DNA of 64,000 nt from a virus. Lineage: Duplodnaviria; Caudoviricetes. How positions within the stretch are numbered: position 1 is the stretch's first letter; each line of letters starts with the position of its first letter. Of this stretch, positions 17,701-24,438 are shown one piece after another. The DNA lies in IMG/VR virus record IMGVR_UViG_3300008262_000055; one strand, given 5' to 3'. The position numbers and the translations under genes were made by a program. The notes under the pieces were generated by a model. The model ran no database searches. It was not told the DNA's origin and worked only from the letters and a program-made list of their open reading frames with translations.

Positions 17701-20226
17701 AGCCACAGCTACTTCTTTGGCTTTAACTATTGCTGCTACAGTTTCTGCTACCTGACCAGAAACTACTGTATTACCGCCAACAAAATAAAGTCTAGCAGCT
17801 TGGGTGGAATTTAAATAGCCGCCGTATAACACGTCCTGGATTACAGCATCAACTAATAACCCCACATCTCTAAAACACTTGTCTTCGTTGAACTCTAATG
17901 TAGGAAATTCACCGTTAACAAATGCTACAGTTTCAGTCTGTATAAATCTTCTGTTTCTTTCAAGTAAAATCTTAGTATCAAAATAACCAGTCTCTATTCT
18001 ATTCGACAATGTTATTCTATATAGATTTTCACCTATAGTAAACGATGTTGGTAAACTAGGAGGACGTAATAAACCACCAATGATTACTTTTTCGTATTCT
18101 TTAAAAGTTGTAGGATCCGATGGAACATAAGCAGGATCACTAGGATCTACTTCTCGTTGTCTTAGTAAAACACCTTCTAGGTTACCAGAAAACCCGTCAA
18201 TAAATTGACCACCAGCAAATTGATGCTCGTTGATACTCTTAGAAAAACTAGTTCCTGTTTGGAAATAAGGTGACTTAGATAAAATTTGTCCATTTGGATC
18301 AAGCACCATGACAAAGCCGCCGTGTCCTTGGAAAGAAATTTCTGAAACACGGGTAGCATCATTACACAGTAATACATCCATTTCGTCATTGTTTTTTGGT
18401 TGACTTGAGTAGTCTAATGGATCTGTTAGATACTGATAACCGTATTCATATTCAGTTACACGCAATTCGTCAATGACGCGATCTCTTCTAAAGAAAACTC
18501 GAGCCCACGGTGATTGACTGATACCTGGTTTTGGTCTTATGATTGATCTACGAAGATCGTCTCCTCTTAGCGTAACGTTTTCTGCTAATCTTAATGGATA
18601 GTTTTCATAATAAATTCCAGTTTCAACATGGATAGTTACTTGGATATTTCTAGTAAGGTCGGCATAGCTAACTCTTTCTCCAAGCTGGAATACACCACTT
18701 AATACTTCAATTTCAAAAATCTCGTTACCGTCTTCGTCTAGCGAACCATCTTGTGAAACAATTCTAGCTAACGCACCTGATGTTTCGCCTCTTAAGGCTT
18801 GACCTTCACGAATGTCATCAAGATAGTCTGTGTTTAATCTTTCAGTTGATAACAACAATCTTGGAAGATAAACAGCTGCAGAAGGTACTCCGGTGTAACC
18901 AGTTCCTCCTTTAGCAACCGTAACTTCTTTGATTTCGCCACCGATCTCAGTAATAAAAGCTTCAGTTCCAGTTCCACCGCCGCCGGTGAAAATAACAGAA
19001 GCAGAAGTATAATTTTCTCCAGTGTCGGTGACATCGACCTGCGTTACAGTCCATCTAACTCTAGCACGAGCAGTACCTGAACCTGACCCGCCAACTAACA
19101 TTAGGTAATCGTTATCTACATGTGATTGGGGTAGTATGCTATAGATACCTTTTTGTTTGACATCGTCAACATCGGTGTTAATTGCTAACTGTAAAATAGA
19201 TCCAGCAAAGTCAACAGCAACAACTCTAAACTGTGTTTCTTGACCTAGATATGTTCCGCCGTTAGGGGTTAATATGTCATCCTTTTGATAACCAGTGCCT
19301 GCGATTAAAATCTGTATTGGCGATCCAATATCGTCAATACCCATTCGTGCTTCTACAGTACATCCGGTTCCCGACAGTTCCGATTCTTCAACAGAAACAA
19401 TTTCACAGAATTTAGTACCATTAGCATAGGTTAATATCTTTTGGTAAGGCCCCAATTCAAGCGGAGCATTGTTAACTAACTCTTCTGCTTTTTCGCAGGC
19501 CTTCTGAACAGTGGCAAAGGCAGTGGCTTCTGAACGTCCGATCTGATTTTGGGGGATGTCGGTTCTTTCATCGATGCCTCTAGGACTTACATAAATGTTG
19601 TATTCGCTGCTGAATGTTTTGCTATCTACATAGGCTTTTGTAGCAGCAATTAATCCGTTGTATTCTAAATCATCTTCTTCAATTGGATTTCTAGATAGCA
19701 CCAACGGACCACGCATCAATCCCCAATCTGGTCTAGCAAATCCGCTAACATCTATAGCATCAGTTCCGTCCAGACTTACCTTGTTGTCTACGTAGCCTTT
19801 GGTAGCAGCATCTTCGTCTTCAGTAGCTTCGCTAAGGTTAGTTAATCGTTTGAAGTTAGCATTTAAATTAGTTTGTAGTGTAGGGTCAGGGTCGTTAATC
19901 AACGCAGAAGCTAGAGAACTTAGACGTATTTGTCCGGGTATACTTTGATTAACAATAATAGTTTCAGAACCGACTAGTTCTTTAAAAACAATTTGTTCAC
20001 CCTCAGCATCAACTACTAGAACTCTGTTATTATCAGAAGTCCTATAACCTTTAACAGTTCGTTCTTTTTCAACATCGTCTAGGCCTATAAATGATAGTTT
20101 TCCACCTTGACCTAGGATAGCATATAATTCTGTAAAGTTTTCATTAACTTTTTGGAACGAATCGCGAATACTGTCGCCTGTACCGTCATTACCTTCGATA
20201 CCGATATTAATTTCTTTTCTTGACAT
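11701..20226 (-). CDS. Giant tail/baseplate-associated protein (2841 aa): gp9-like N-terminus, interrupted beta-helix, four CxRD helical repeats, C-terminal ADLAE chaperone-like domain
   Basis: NDGTGDSIRDSFQKVNENFTELY; AFATVQKA...GIYYENYPLRL..NVTLRGDDLRRSIIRP; (K/T)CxRDV x4; WADLAEWY...GTVLEFGG...GRVPCKV. Confidence 0.8.
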   Translation of the reverse strand: MSRKEINIGIEGNDGTGDSIRDSFQKVNENFTELYAILGQGGKLSFIGLDDVEKERTVKGYRTSDNNRVLVVDAEGEQIVFKELVGSETIIVNQSIPGQIRLSSLASALINDPDPTLQTNLNANFKRLTNLSEATEDEDAATKGYVDNKVSLDGTDAIDVSGFARPDWGLMRGPLVLSRNPIEEDDLEYNGLIAATKAYVDSKTFSSEYNIYVSPRGIDERTDIPQNQIGRSEATAFATVQKACEKAEELVNNAPLELGPYQKILTYANGTKFCEIVSVEESELSGTGCTVEARMGIDDIGSPIQILIAGTGYQKDDILTPNGGTYLGQETQFRVVAVDFAGSILQLAINTDVDDVKQKGIYSILPQSHVDNDYLMLVGGSGSGTARARVRWTVTQVDVTDTGENYTSASVIFTGGGGTGTEAFITEIGGEIKEVTVAKGGTGYTGVPSAAVYLPRLLLSTERLNTDYLDDIREGQALRGETSGALARIVSQDGSLDEDGNEIFEIEVLSGVFQLGERVSYADLTRNIQVTIHVETGIYYENYPLRLAENVTLRGDDLRRSIIRPKPGISQSPWARVFFRRDRVIDELRVTEYEYGYQYLTDPLDYSSQPKNNDEMDVLLCNDATRVSEISFQGHGGFVMVLDPNGQILSKSPYFQTGTSFSKSINEHQFAGGQFIDGFSGNLEGVLLRQREVDPSDPAYVPSDPTTFKEYEKVIIGGLLRPPSLPTSFTIGENLYRITLSNRIETGYFDTKILLERNRRFIQTETVAFVNGEFPTLEFNEDKCFRDVGLLVDAVIQDVLYGGYLNSTQAARLYFVGGNTVVSGQVAETVAAIVKAKEVAVAVITQDPDYERVGTVDQIFLPAYPNGGDAQTEVEAAFDLIANIVEFGETIYKAKDLLQTNKEIIQAETIAYLDAIYPTLNYDRDTCYRDVGYIVDAWSIDIFGDFNNTVRAGYAYYKQGGRIIPDSGPTSQLAETIDGIEYAALLANKIVKNELLGGLVRTTKSFNPSSNIDLTANTITILDHGFKSGSRIKYSSGGGNSIVVDNLDDENGDPITDLNDLVFYVYVVDGDNVQLVENLPLLIAKEKGVSTSIELNIVGTGSGTTHTLEYYQVTDPELVVIDITDSGVEAAINAGRDYITTLISGETAGVPGIYPQYECVLDSPYYGNGLFNQAKCARDVGLILDAVNYDMVLGSNYQSVKAGLSYLRSYSSVVIDEQKQPTINGITKAEVEALALIPEGIYSAARSAYSDRFEIIRNIIRNGVGAAPTVTYPLPASVSVGSNKAKAVDVLVANRDFIKTEIVAYVTDTNPSFEYDTAKCARDVAYLLDGMIYDLLYGGNSQTKNNGETYYRDGESFVPDQEVITASAFTRLRTVLFYVVQNDTVSWTKSSSNTLTQDTSNPAATATEGTTLQNLTDILIDYVADDDYDTPVTEVLPTIIGQDANKLAARTEVIAAKETIKTAVLEFLENVTGKVVLSTAGNKSMLGNDFTQVNDMGYGIFCTNNGLSEQVSVFTYYCYTAFYSLNGAQIRSLNGSSAHGVFGLKAEGADPNEIPDSVVLKFPMIQIAQAYENVALEIENVRNGDTIWVTNYSYLPRAGCIVDIDHTGDRTDTINPATSLQVGTEYEIATLGTTDWNAAAGTSAIVYAVGDKFTAANTGNGDGTIYTLTTIGQRSYVVETVTISGLPTGVAQLQLSTVAANAGLAVYVAPGKNLIVRSNEEFVLSDKEEVVAVRPSTALIFSENTGTAIRLLSFNQYDDIDALVDDQIITTRDGYQYVKLTILKDTPEFDIPAGFGELGDDRVIVQALNFRDSKRVVFPTTGAMIYDGSTTGTGGMIFGFQDSMYEITDYEVNNLDPNNIFGIITFRNVTQPLIESSRTYSFTVTGSSPAQLALTADHNLSDGRRVKINSSNYYVKNVVSNVNHGPIGGTNVVPATGGGVGATFIITRTNSIVYENIQVSVAGTGYEIGDTIRILGTSLGGATPTNDIIITVNDVGGSGDITEAIISRGVAKAVRMELQLYSDEDLTLGVNSSSLGVATSLTVLGGLTYSPLETNGTNVSFDAGIRAGATGTVTVNISTMRATGHDFLDIGTGSYADTNYPSNIFGEPANEPDVEAQVVEVTTGRVFYVSTDQNGNFKVGDFFAVDQGTGKLTLDAKIDLKGIDSLKLRSGNEIFEFTNDITMGGEGAADPQAVPTEYAIRSYIDKRLGLNHFGVRVTDGLRGPGYLALDGSLAVKGTIEMDGNTLRNLPAPRRGAVGDTEAVPKFFMKLGNVEDGPDYWRPALGTPTYAIQRADILAFTGTDSQFSHATMTGALTFTLNTTTPTDPFVVSTINDNVIVNDDINYDAAILQHKLQLNYIRDTAADGFTITAYTTTGVPSGFTRFTANGHGISENDSIEILGETTGTLSGINKRWKAVSITTNTFDIPITGLTGVLSGNAKVREPGILSGAKTTEFQISNTGFLQLRPSSSVATGVTFDKLAYIDPAVYDATDETTYAGGGTKLLGRRSLPTAGSVIGSPVPIDARTIIRDGFGLSKFDVPLEGVIVRTDLSNDPTDVSFTSIGYGSANSSNDLVQRDANGDFSANLITTNGILTNDNITIVTDTASISNPKGIRATIGSTTATILQRAIESTGDNAFKTVLRNGNGGLGIVLVDGNSAANKRTEYYAQEHRIYNSTGGGGILNISGGILKAGGGSSAATVQGTFTLDIGATFQATWADLAEWYSSDKEYEPGTVLEFGGDAEVRASTKQGTTRVAGVVTTNPAYTMNQGLQGTRSCVALQGRVPCKVVGKVYKGDLIIASSISGVAISAGEVAQPGTIIGKALQNYDSDYIGLIEVAVGRL
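16205..17900 (-). repeat. Four degenerate protein repeats with (K/T)-C-x-R-D-V-(G/A) core
   Basis: Cys codons at 17875-17877, 17446-17448, 16699-16701, 16267-16269. Confidence 0.85.
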
Positions 20227-20257
20227 TAGGGAACTCCGTTGGATACCTTATAATTGA

Positions 20258-20293
20258 TATTTAGCCCAAAATTTTATAAGCCGAATGTAAATA
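20258..20293. promoter_or_regulatory. Divergent putative late promoters (TAAATA core)
   Basis: CTAAATA on minus (20258-20264) ahead of the giant gene; GTAAATA on plus (20287-20293) ahead of ATG 20299. Confidence 0.5.
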
Positions 20294-20298
20294 AATGT

Positions 20299-20586
20299 AT
20301 GTTCTTAAAGAAAGAAACTAGAGAAATGGAATATGTTCGAACCAGTAAATTAGGTTCGGAACATACCTATGTGCGAACAAAAACTGTAGCACTATTACGT
20401 TGTGATAACTGCGACGAAAAGTTTGAAAGAGATTTAAAACATATGGACCATCGTAGACTTAGCAACAATTATTTTCATGTATGTGCTAACTGCGATGCTA
20501 AAAGATTTGCAAAAAGAAAAGCAGTGGAAAGAAGATCTATATGGGATATGCCAGCTAGCTCTACATTGCCTGTAGGCAAATACTAG
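20299..20586 (+). CDS. Zinc-finger protein (two CxxC pairs), hypothetical
   Basis: LRCDNC...HVCANC; start re-assigned to 20299. Confidence 0.65.
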   Translation: MFLKKETREMEYVRTSKLGSEHTYVRTKTVALLRCDNCDEKFERDLKHMDHRRLSNNYFHVCANCDAKRFAKRKAVERRSIWDMPASSTLPVGKY

Positions 20587-21221
20587 CGAGTCATTAATTC
20601 GTCTACGAATTTTAATAGCAGTTTATGATGTCTGCCGTGATGCCAGTGCTTGGGCATCCAGGAATGATAGTCGTACCAAACTCTGGTACTTTCAGGGTGA
20701 CACCCAATTAGTCCAATTTTCCCTTGTATAACAGCCATAGGATCGCCGTTGCTGTAGGTAGCCACAACATCCATATTATCACCAACAATAGCACAGCCGT
20801 CATAAAAATACATCCTTTCTGGTTGTCCTTGCCAATTAACTAGTTGACCTTTGGCATGGGGTCTTCGAGTATCTGTATTGGGACGTTTAATATATTGTAC
20901 AACTCTAGTTCCCGGATCAAGGATATCAAAATAGTATTGATCGGCCCAATAAGCCCCAAGGCATATACCTAAGTACTTGCCACCGTTTTTCATCCAATTG
21001 CGTATAATGTCAGCATGTTTAACCATCACGGTATCAAAACTATCGCTGTCACCCAGCCCACCCGGAAAACAAACAATATCTACATCGTCGAAGTAGGTGT
21101 CCTCTACTTCATGCTTGGTGAATATTTTAAATTTGTAGTAAGGTGATAACGATTCGATAATGCCGTTTACAGAATCAACAGCACATAATGGGTGATGTAC
21201 AAATATTGCTATAGTTTTCAT
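20583..21221 (-). CDS. Class I glutamine amidotransferase-like protein (BPL_N type)
   Basis: FPGG, YLGICLGAY (nucleophile elbow Cys), GCHPE (His-Glu). Confidence 0.75.
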   Translation of the reverse strand: MKTIAIFVHHPLCAVDSVNGIIESLSPYYKFKIFTKHEVEDTYFDDVDIVCFPGGLGDSDSFDTVMVKHADIIRNWMKNGGKYLGICLGAYWADQYYFDILDPGTRVVQYIKRPNTDTRRPHAKGQLVNWQGQPERMYFYDGCAIVGDNMDVVATYSNGDPMAVIQGKIGLIGCHPESTRVWYDYHSWMPKHWHHGRHHKLLLKFVDELMTR

Positions 21222-21233
21222 CGAACACCATAA

Positions 21234-21334
21234 TAAAGCTCACTTCAGGATGCCATTCCGGGGCACGACTCCCATAACATCCAGCCCAGCAGCCGGGCAC
21301 ACCTATAGTAACGATAACGTCCTAAGGTAGGTGT
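21234..21334 (-). ncRNA. Candidate structured non-coding RNA, three hairpins
   Basis: ACACCUA/UAGGUGU; GCCCGG/CUGGGC; GGAUGUUAU/AUGGCAUCC. G-U pairs are valid only on the minus strand. GC-rich island in AT-rich DNA. Confidence 0.6.
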
Positions 21335-21336
21335 TT

Positions 21337-21663
21337 TTAAACCCTAAACGATTCGCCACAACCACAGCGAGCTTTTTCGTTAGGATTTATGAATTCAAAA
21401 CCTTCGTTCAAACCTTTTTTCTGCCAGTCCATAGTAAGTCCATTGACATAAGGACTGCTACGACCGTCAACCCAAACTTTAATTCCGTTGCTCTCGTAGA
21501 CAAATTGATCTCTAGTAATAGGAGCAACATCTACATATTCTAAAACATAAGCAAGTCCTGAACAGCCGCTGGTCTTAACGCCAACACGGATACCAAGCCC
21601 ACCGCCTCTACGTTCCAATTGTTGTTTTACTTTTTTAGCTGCTAGATCTGATAGAGTTATCAT
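21337..21663 (-). CDS. iscA: Iron-sulfur cluster assembly A-type carrier (IscA/HesB)
   Basis: [16 protein letters not shown]...[18 protein letters not shown]. Confidence 0.95.
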   Translation of the reverse strand: MITLSDLAAKKVKQQLERRGGGLGIRVGVKTSGCSGLAYVLEYVDVAPITRDQFVYESNGIKVWVDGRSSPYVNGLTMDWQKKGLNEGFEFINPNEKARCGCGESFRV

Positions 21664-22039
21664 ATTTCTCTTTATAGTCCTTTACTGCTGCCTTAATAGC
21701 ATCTTCTGCTAGAATTGAACAATGTATCTTAACCGGAGGCAATGCTAGTTCTGTGGCGATTTCGGAGTTTTTGATTGTTCCGGCTTCATCGAGTGTTTTG
21801 CCCTTGAGCCATTCTGTAGCAAGGCTCGAGCTCGCAATAGCCGATCCGCAGCCATACGTTTTAAATTTTGCATCTGTAATAATACCTGTATCATGATCTA
21901 CCTTTATCTGTAATTTCATAACATCGCCGCAAGCAGGAGCACCAACCATCCCAGTACCTACATTAGTATCGGTTTTGTCAAAACTACCCACGTTACGAGG
22001 ATTTTCATAATGGTCAATAACTTTGTCTGAATATGCCAT
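21635..22039 (-). CDS. iscU: Fe-S cluster scaffold IscU
   Basis: [58 protein letters not shown]. Confidence 0.97.
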   Translation of the reverse strand: MAYSDKVIDHYENPRNVGSFDKTDTNVGTGMVGAPACGDVMKLQIKVDHDTGIITDAKFKTYGCGSAIASSSLATEWLKGKTLDEAGTIKNSEIATELALPPVKIHCSILAEDAIKAAVKDYKEKYDNSIRSSS

Positions 22040-22040
22040 G

Positions 22041-22607
22041 CTATTCTCCCATACTTGTTAATCTATCGTTTACGACACCCCAGTCTATAATACGCCAAAT
22101 ATTGTTTAAGTATTTGGCTTTGTCCTGCTGATAGTCTAATGCCCAAGCATGTTCCCAAGCATCTACCAACAATGAAATCTTCATAGATCTTTTGTATTCG
22201 TGATTATGAATAGTGTGCAAATCTCCGGATTCGTCCATATAGATCCAATTAGATCCTTGTGCTGCCATAAATTCTTTTTCAAACGCTTCTTTAAACTTTT
22301 CAAAACTGCTGTATTTTTTTTCTATAATTTCGTTACTGATCCCCGTAGGTTTATTAGCTGCTCTGGGTGGGGTAAGATTTCCAAAAAATAAATTATGTAA
22401 CATAGCACCCCCGTAATTAAAATCGGGGTCGCCTTCGCCTTTGTTATAACGATCAAAATACTTCGAAGCAAGTCCGTCATAGTGATACTTTAGAGTATCT
22501 TCGCTCATTACGGGTTCTAGCTCTTTGCGATCAAAATTAAGTTTATTTTGATATACTTCTCGCTGATCCGTGCTTTCAGTCAAATATTTCAAAAAATGTA
22601 GTGTCAT
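22041..22607 (-). CDS. Fe/Mn superoxide dismutase-like protein (divergent)
   Basis: TLKYHY, GGAMLHNLFF, GSNWIY, DAWEHAW; start 22607 chosen because the AATAAATA core overlaps the 22613 ATG. Confidence 0.8.
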   Translation of the reverse strand: MTLHFLKYLTESTDQREVYQNKLNFDRKELEPVMSEDTLKYHYDGLASKYFDRYNKGEGDPDFNYGGAMLHNLFFGNLTPPRAANKPTGISNEIIEKKYSSFEKFKEAFEKEFMAAQGSNWIYMDESGDLHTIHNHEYKRSMKISLLVDAWEHAWALDYQQDKAKYLNNIWRIIDWGVVNDRLTSMGE

Positions 22608-22928
22608 AATCATATTTATTGTAAAATCGTACTTTTCGCAGTAGTTGTAGTAGCACTAGGTGCTTTCATTTATTACAATCGTAGCTCTAAGAGTTTAGAC
22701 GTAAACAATGATGGTAAAGTAGATGCTGCTGACGCTAAAGCCGCTGTCCAAAACGTAGTAGAAGGTGTCAAAGCCTCCGCTGACGTAAACAAAGACGGTA
22801 AAGTAGATGCCGCTGATGTAGCAGTAGTTAAAGAAAAAGCCAAAGCAGTTGCTAAGAAAACAACAGCTAAGGTTAAAGAAACTGCTAAGAAAGCAGCACC
22901 TCGCGGTCGCAAGCCACAGGCAAAGTAA
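22602..22928 (+). CDS. Unlisted ORF: membrane-anchored protein with two DVNxDGKVDAAD (EF-hand/dockerin-like) loops and Lys/Ala-rich tail; no ATG/GTG/TTG start
   Basis: Hand translation IVLFAVVVVALGAFIYYNRSSKSLDVNNDGKVDAADAKAAVQNVVEGVKASADVNKDGKVDAADVAVVKEKAKAVAKK...PRGRKPQAK*; frame bounded upstream by TAG at 22599-22601. Confidence 0.6.
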   Translation, partial: CHNHIYCKIVLFAVVVVALGAFIYYNRSSKSLDVNNDGKVDAADAKAAVQNVVEGVKASADVNKDGKVDAADVAVVKEKAKAVAKKTTAKVKETAKKAAPRGRKPQAK

Positions 22929-23943
22929 TACCCTTAGCCTCTTCGTATAGTGCAAACGAAGCTAAATTCTTAGCTTTGCTTTCGCACATGATATCGAAGT
23001 TATCCCTAAAACTCAGAGCCCATTGATTCACTGCTGTATTCCAGTAGAAGTTTGAGTGTGCCCTGAGTTTTGCTTTTTTATGTCCTGAGTCTAGGAGGGT
23101 CTGAAGAGCGGGACGTGATTCTCTGGAATGTTCTCCAAGTATATCTTCCCTAGAAACAGAGTAGTGTATGACAGGCCGCACACCACGCCAGCTATCAATA
23201 ATCCTTTTAACACGATCGTCAGTAACTTCAATATATTCTCCAGTTTTAATCCAGTGGTGATGAATGTCTAAGACTAGGGCACAGTCATTGACTAAGTCAA
23301 TACTATCTTCAATACCCCAGGTCATTTCGTCGTTTTCGATAGTTAGTGTATTACGGGCTTCGGGTGTCATCCGTGCCAAAGCACTACGGATACCTGCTGG
23401 ACCTTGTCGGCCTGCGATATGAACATTAATTTTAAAGTCTTGAAACGTTTTACCGTAGCCCATCCAGCGAACCATGTCCACATGATATTCAAACTCCTCT
23501 ATAGATCGATTTACAATATCTGGATTATCGCTAGCCAACACAGTAAACTGGCCAGGATGCATAGATAGCCGAACGTTTTTCTCACGAGCAATATCTCCGA
23601 CTCGTTTAAATTCTCTTTCACAATAGGCTCGCACATCGGGATTCCGCCAATACCCGCCCCAAGTTGGCTCAGTGTAGACAGGGAGGATATCGCTACTGAG
23701 TCGTACCATTCTAAGACTTTCATCTTGTTCTCCTACCAGAGAAACAAGTTTACGCACCGCTTCTATGTTGCCTACCATTAGATCCCATAGTTTTTGTTCC
23801 GCAACATCTCTGGTCTGTCTATTTAACCAGGCCACAGTAGTACTACCTGTGTTGTATTGTTTACAGTTGTCTTTTTGTTTGATACCGTCAATTTGACTAG
23901 GACCGTCGATCCACTTGCAGGCAAAGCCTATACGTTTAATCAT
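22885..23943 (-). CDS. uvsE: UV DNA damage endonuclease
   Basis: RIGFACK, RLSSD.LP, RLSMHPGQF, INVHI, TIENDE, LDIHHH, VIHYS, RAHS, MCESKAKN. Confidence 0.92.
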   Translation of the reverse strand: MIKRIGFACKWIDGPSQIDGIKQKDNCKQYNTGSTTVAWLNRQTRDVAEQKLWDLMVGNIEAVRKLVSLVGEQDESLRMVRLSSDILPVYTEPTWGGYWRNPDVRAYCEREFKRVGDIAREKNVRLSMHPGQFTVLASDNPDIVNRSIEEFEYHVDMVRWMGYGKTFQDFKINVHIAGRQGPAGIRSALARMTPEARNTLTIENDEMTWGIEDSIDLVNDCALVLDIHHHWIKTGEYIEVTDDRVKRIIDSWRGVRPVIHYSVSREDILGEHSRESRPALQTLLDSGHKKAKLRAHSNFYWNTAVNQWALSFRDNFDIMCESKAKNLASFALYEEAKGITLPVACDREVLLS

Positions 23944-24110
23944 TAGTGTACCATTTCTTTAGCGTCAACTTCACATTCGATTACCCAATTGTTAAATTCG
24001 GTAAACTTGGTTACTTCTACTCCTAGCCCAACTGCTTCGTGTACAAAATGTTTTAATAGAGCATTGTAGAGTTCATCGGGCATAGTTTCTTTATCAAACT
24101 TGATTTTCAT
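23943..24110 (-). CDS. Hypothetical protein (55 aa, below ORF-track cut-off)
   Basis: Hand translation MKIKFDKETMPDELYNALLKHF...KEMVH*; fills the gap, TAATG overlap with uvsE. Confidence 0.65.
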   Translation of the reverse strand: MKIKFDKETMPDELYNALLKHFVHEAVGLGVEVTKFTEFNNWVIECEVDAKEMVH

Positions 24111-24393
24111 CTTTTGCTTTCGCTGAAATTACATTGGCGATACGGAAGGAACGCCATTCCTTTTTGTCCAAACACCAAACACTCATCACATCTGGGTTTT
24201 GCTTCTTTTCTTTCTTTACTACTGGAAAGTCAATGGGATTATCTGTATTGGTTATATGTACTGGCGTTGGCGGAAGCAGTGCTTCGTTAAGCGTACAAGG
24301 CATAGAACGGACTTCGCCGTTTACTTTGGTAAATTCTACAACACACTCGCCAGAGTGGAGTAGTTCGGATAGGTGTTCTCGTGTAATAGTCAT
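24094..24393 (-). CDS. WYL_2 / Sm-like SH3-fold phage protein
   Basis: VEFTKVNGEVRSMPCTL...VWCLDKKEWRSFR; start 24393 at predicted +1. Confidence 0.7.
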   Translation of the reverse strand: MTITREHLSELLHSGECVVEFTKVNGEVRSMPCTLNEALLPPTPVHITNTDNPIDFPVVKKEKKQNPDVMSVWCLDKKEWRSFRIANVISAKAKDENQV

Positions 24394-24399
24394 AGTCTT

Positions 24400-24428
24400 A
24401 TTATACACTATGCGATGATGAAAGTCAA
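24400..24428 (-). promoter_or_regulatory. sigma70 promoter, predicted leaderless transcript
   Basis: TTGACT-N17-TATAAT, followed by 6 nt and then ATG 24393. Confidence 0.8.
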
Positions 24429-24438
24429 TATATAAAGT

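Noticed and set aside
20246-20281. CTTATAA...TTATAAG inverted repeat between divergent genes
   Set aside because: A 7-bp AT-only match is expected by chance at this base composition
21238-21250. CUGAAGUGAG as a hammerhead core
   Set aside because: Does not fit CUGAnGA, and there is no GAAA partner in the right place
21287-21298. Plus-strand GCAGCCGGGC resembling a NiCo (czcD) riboswitch segment next to iscA
   Set aside because: The flanking CUGAGCAGG and AACAG elements I recall for NiCo are absent, and G-U pairs indicate the RNA is on the opposite strand
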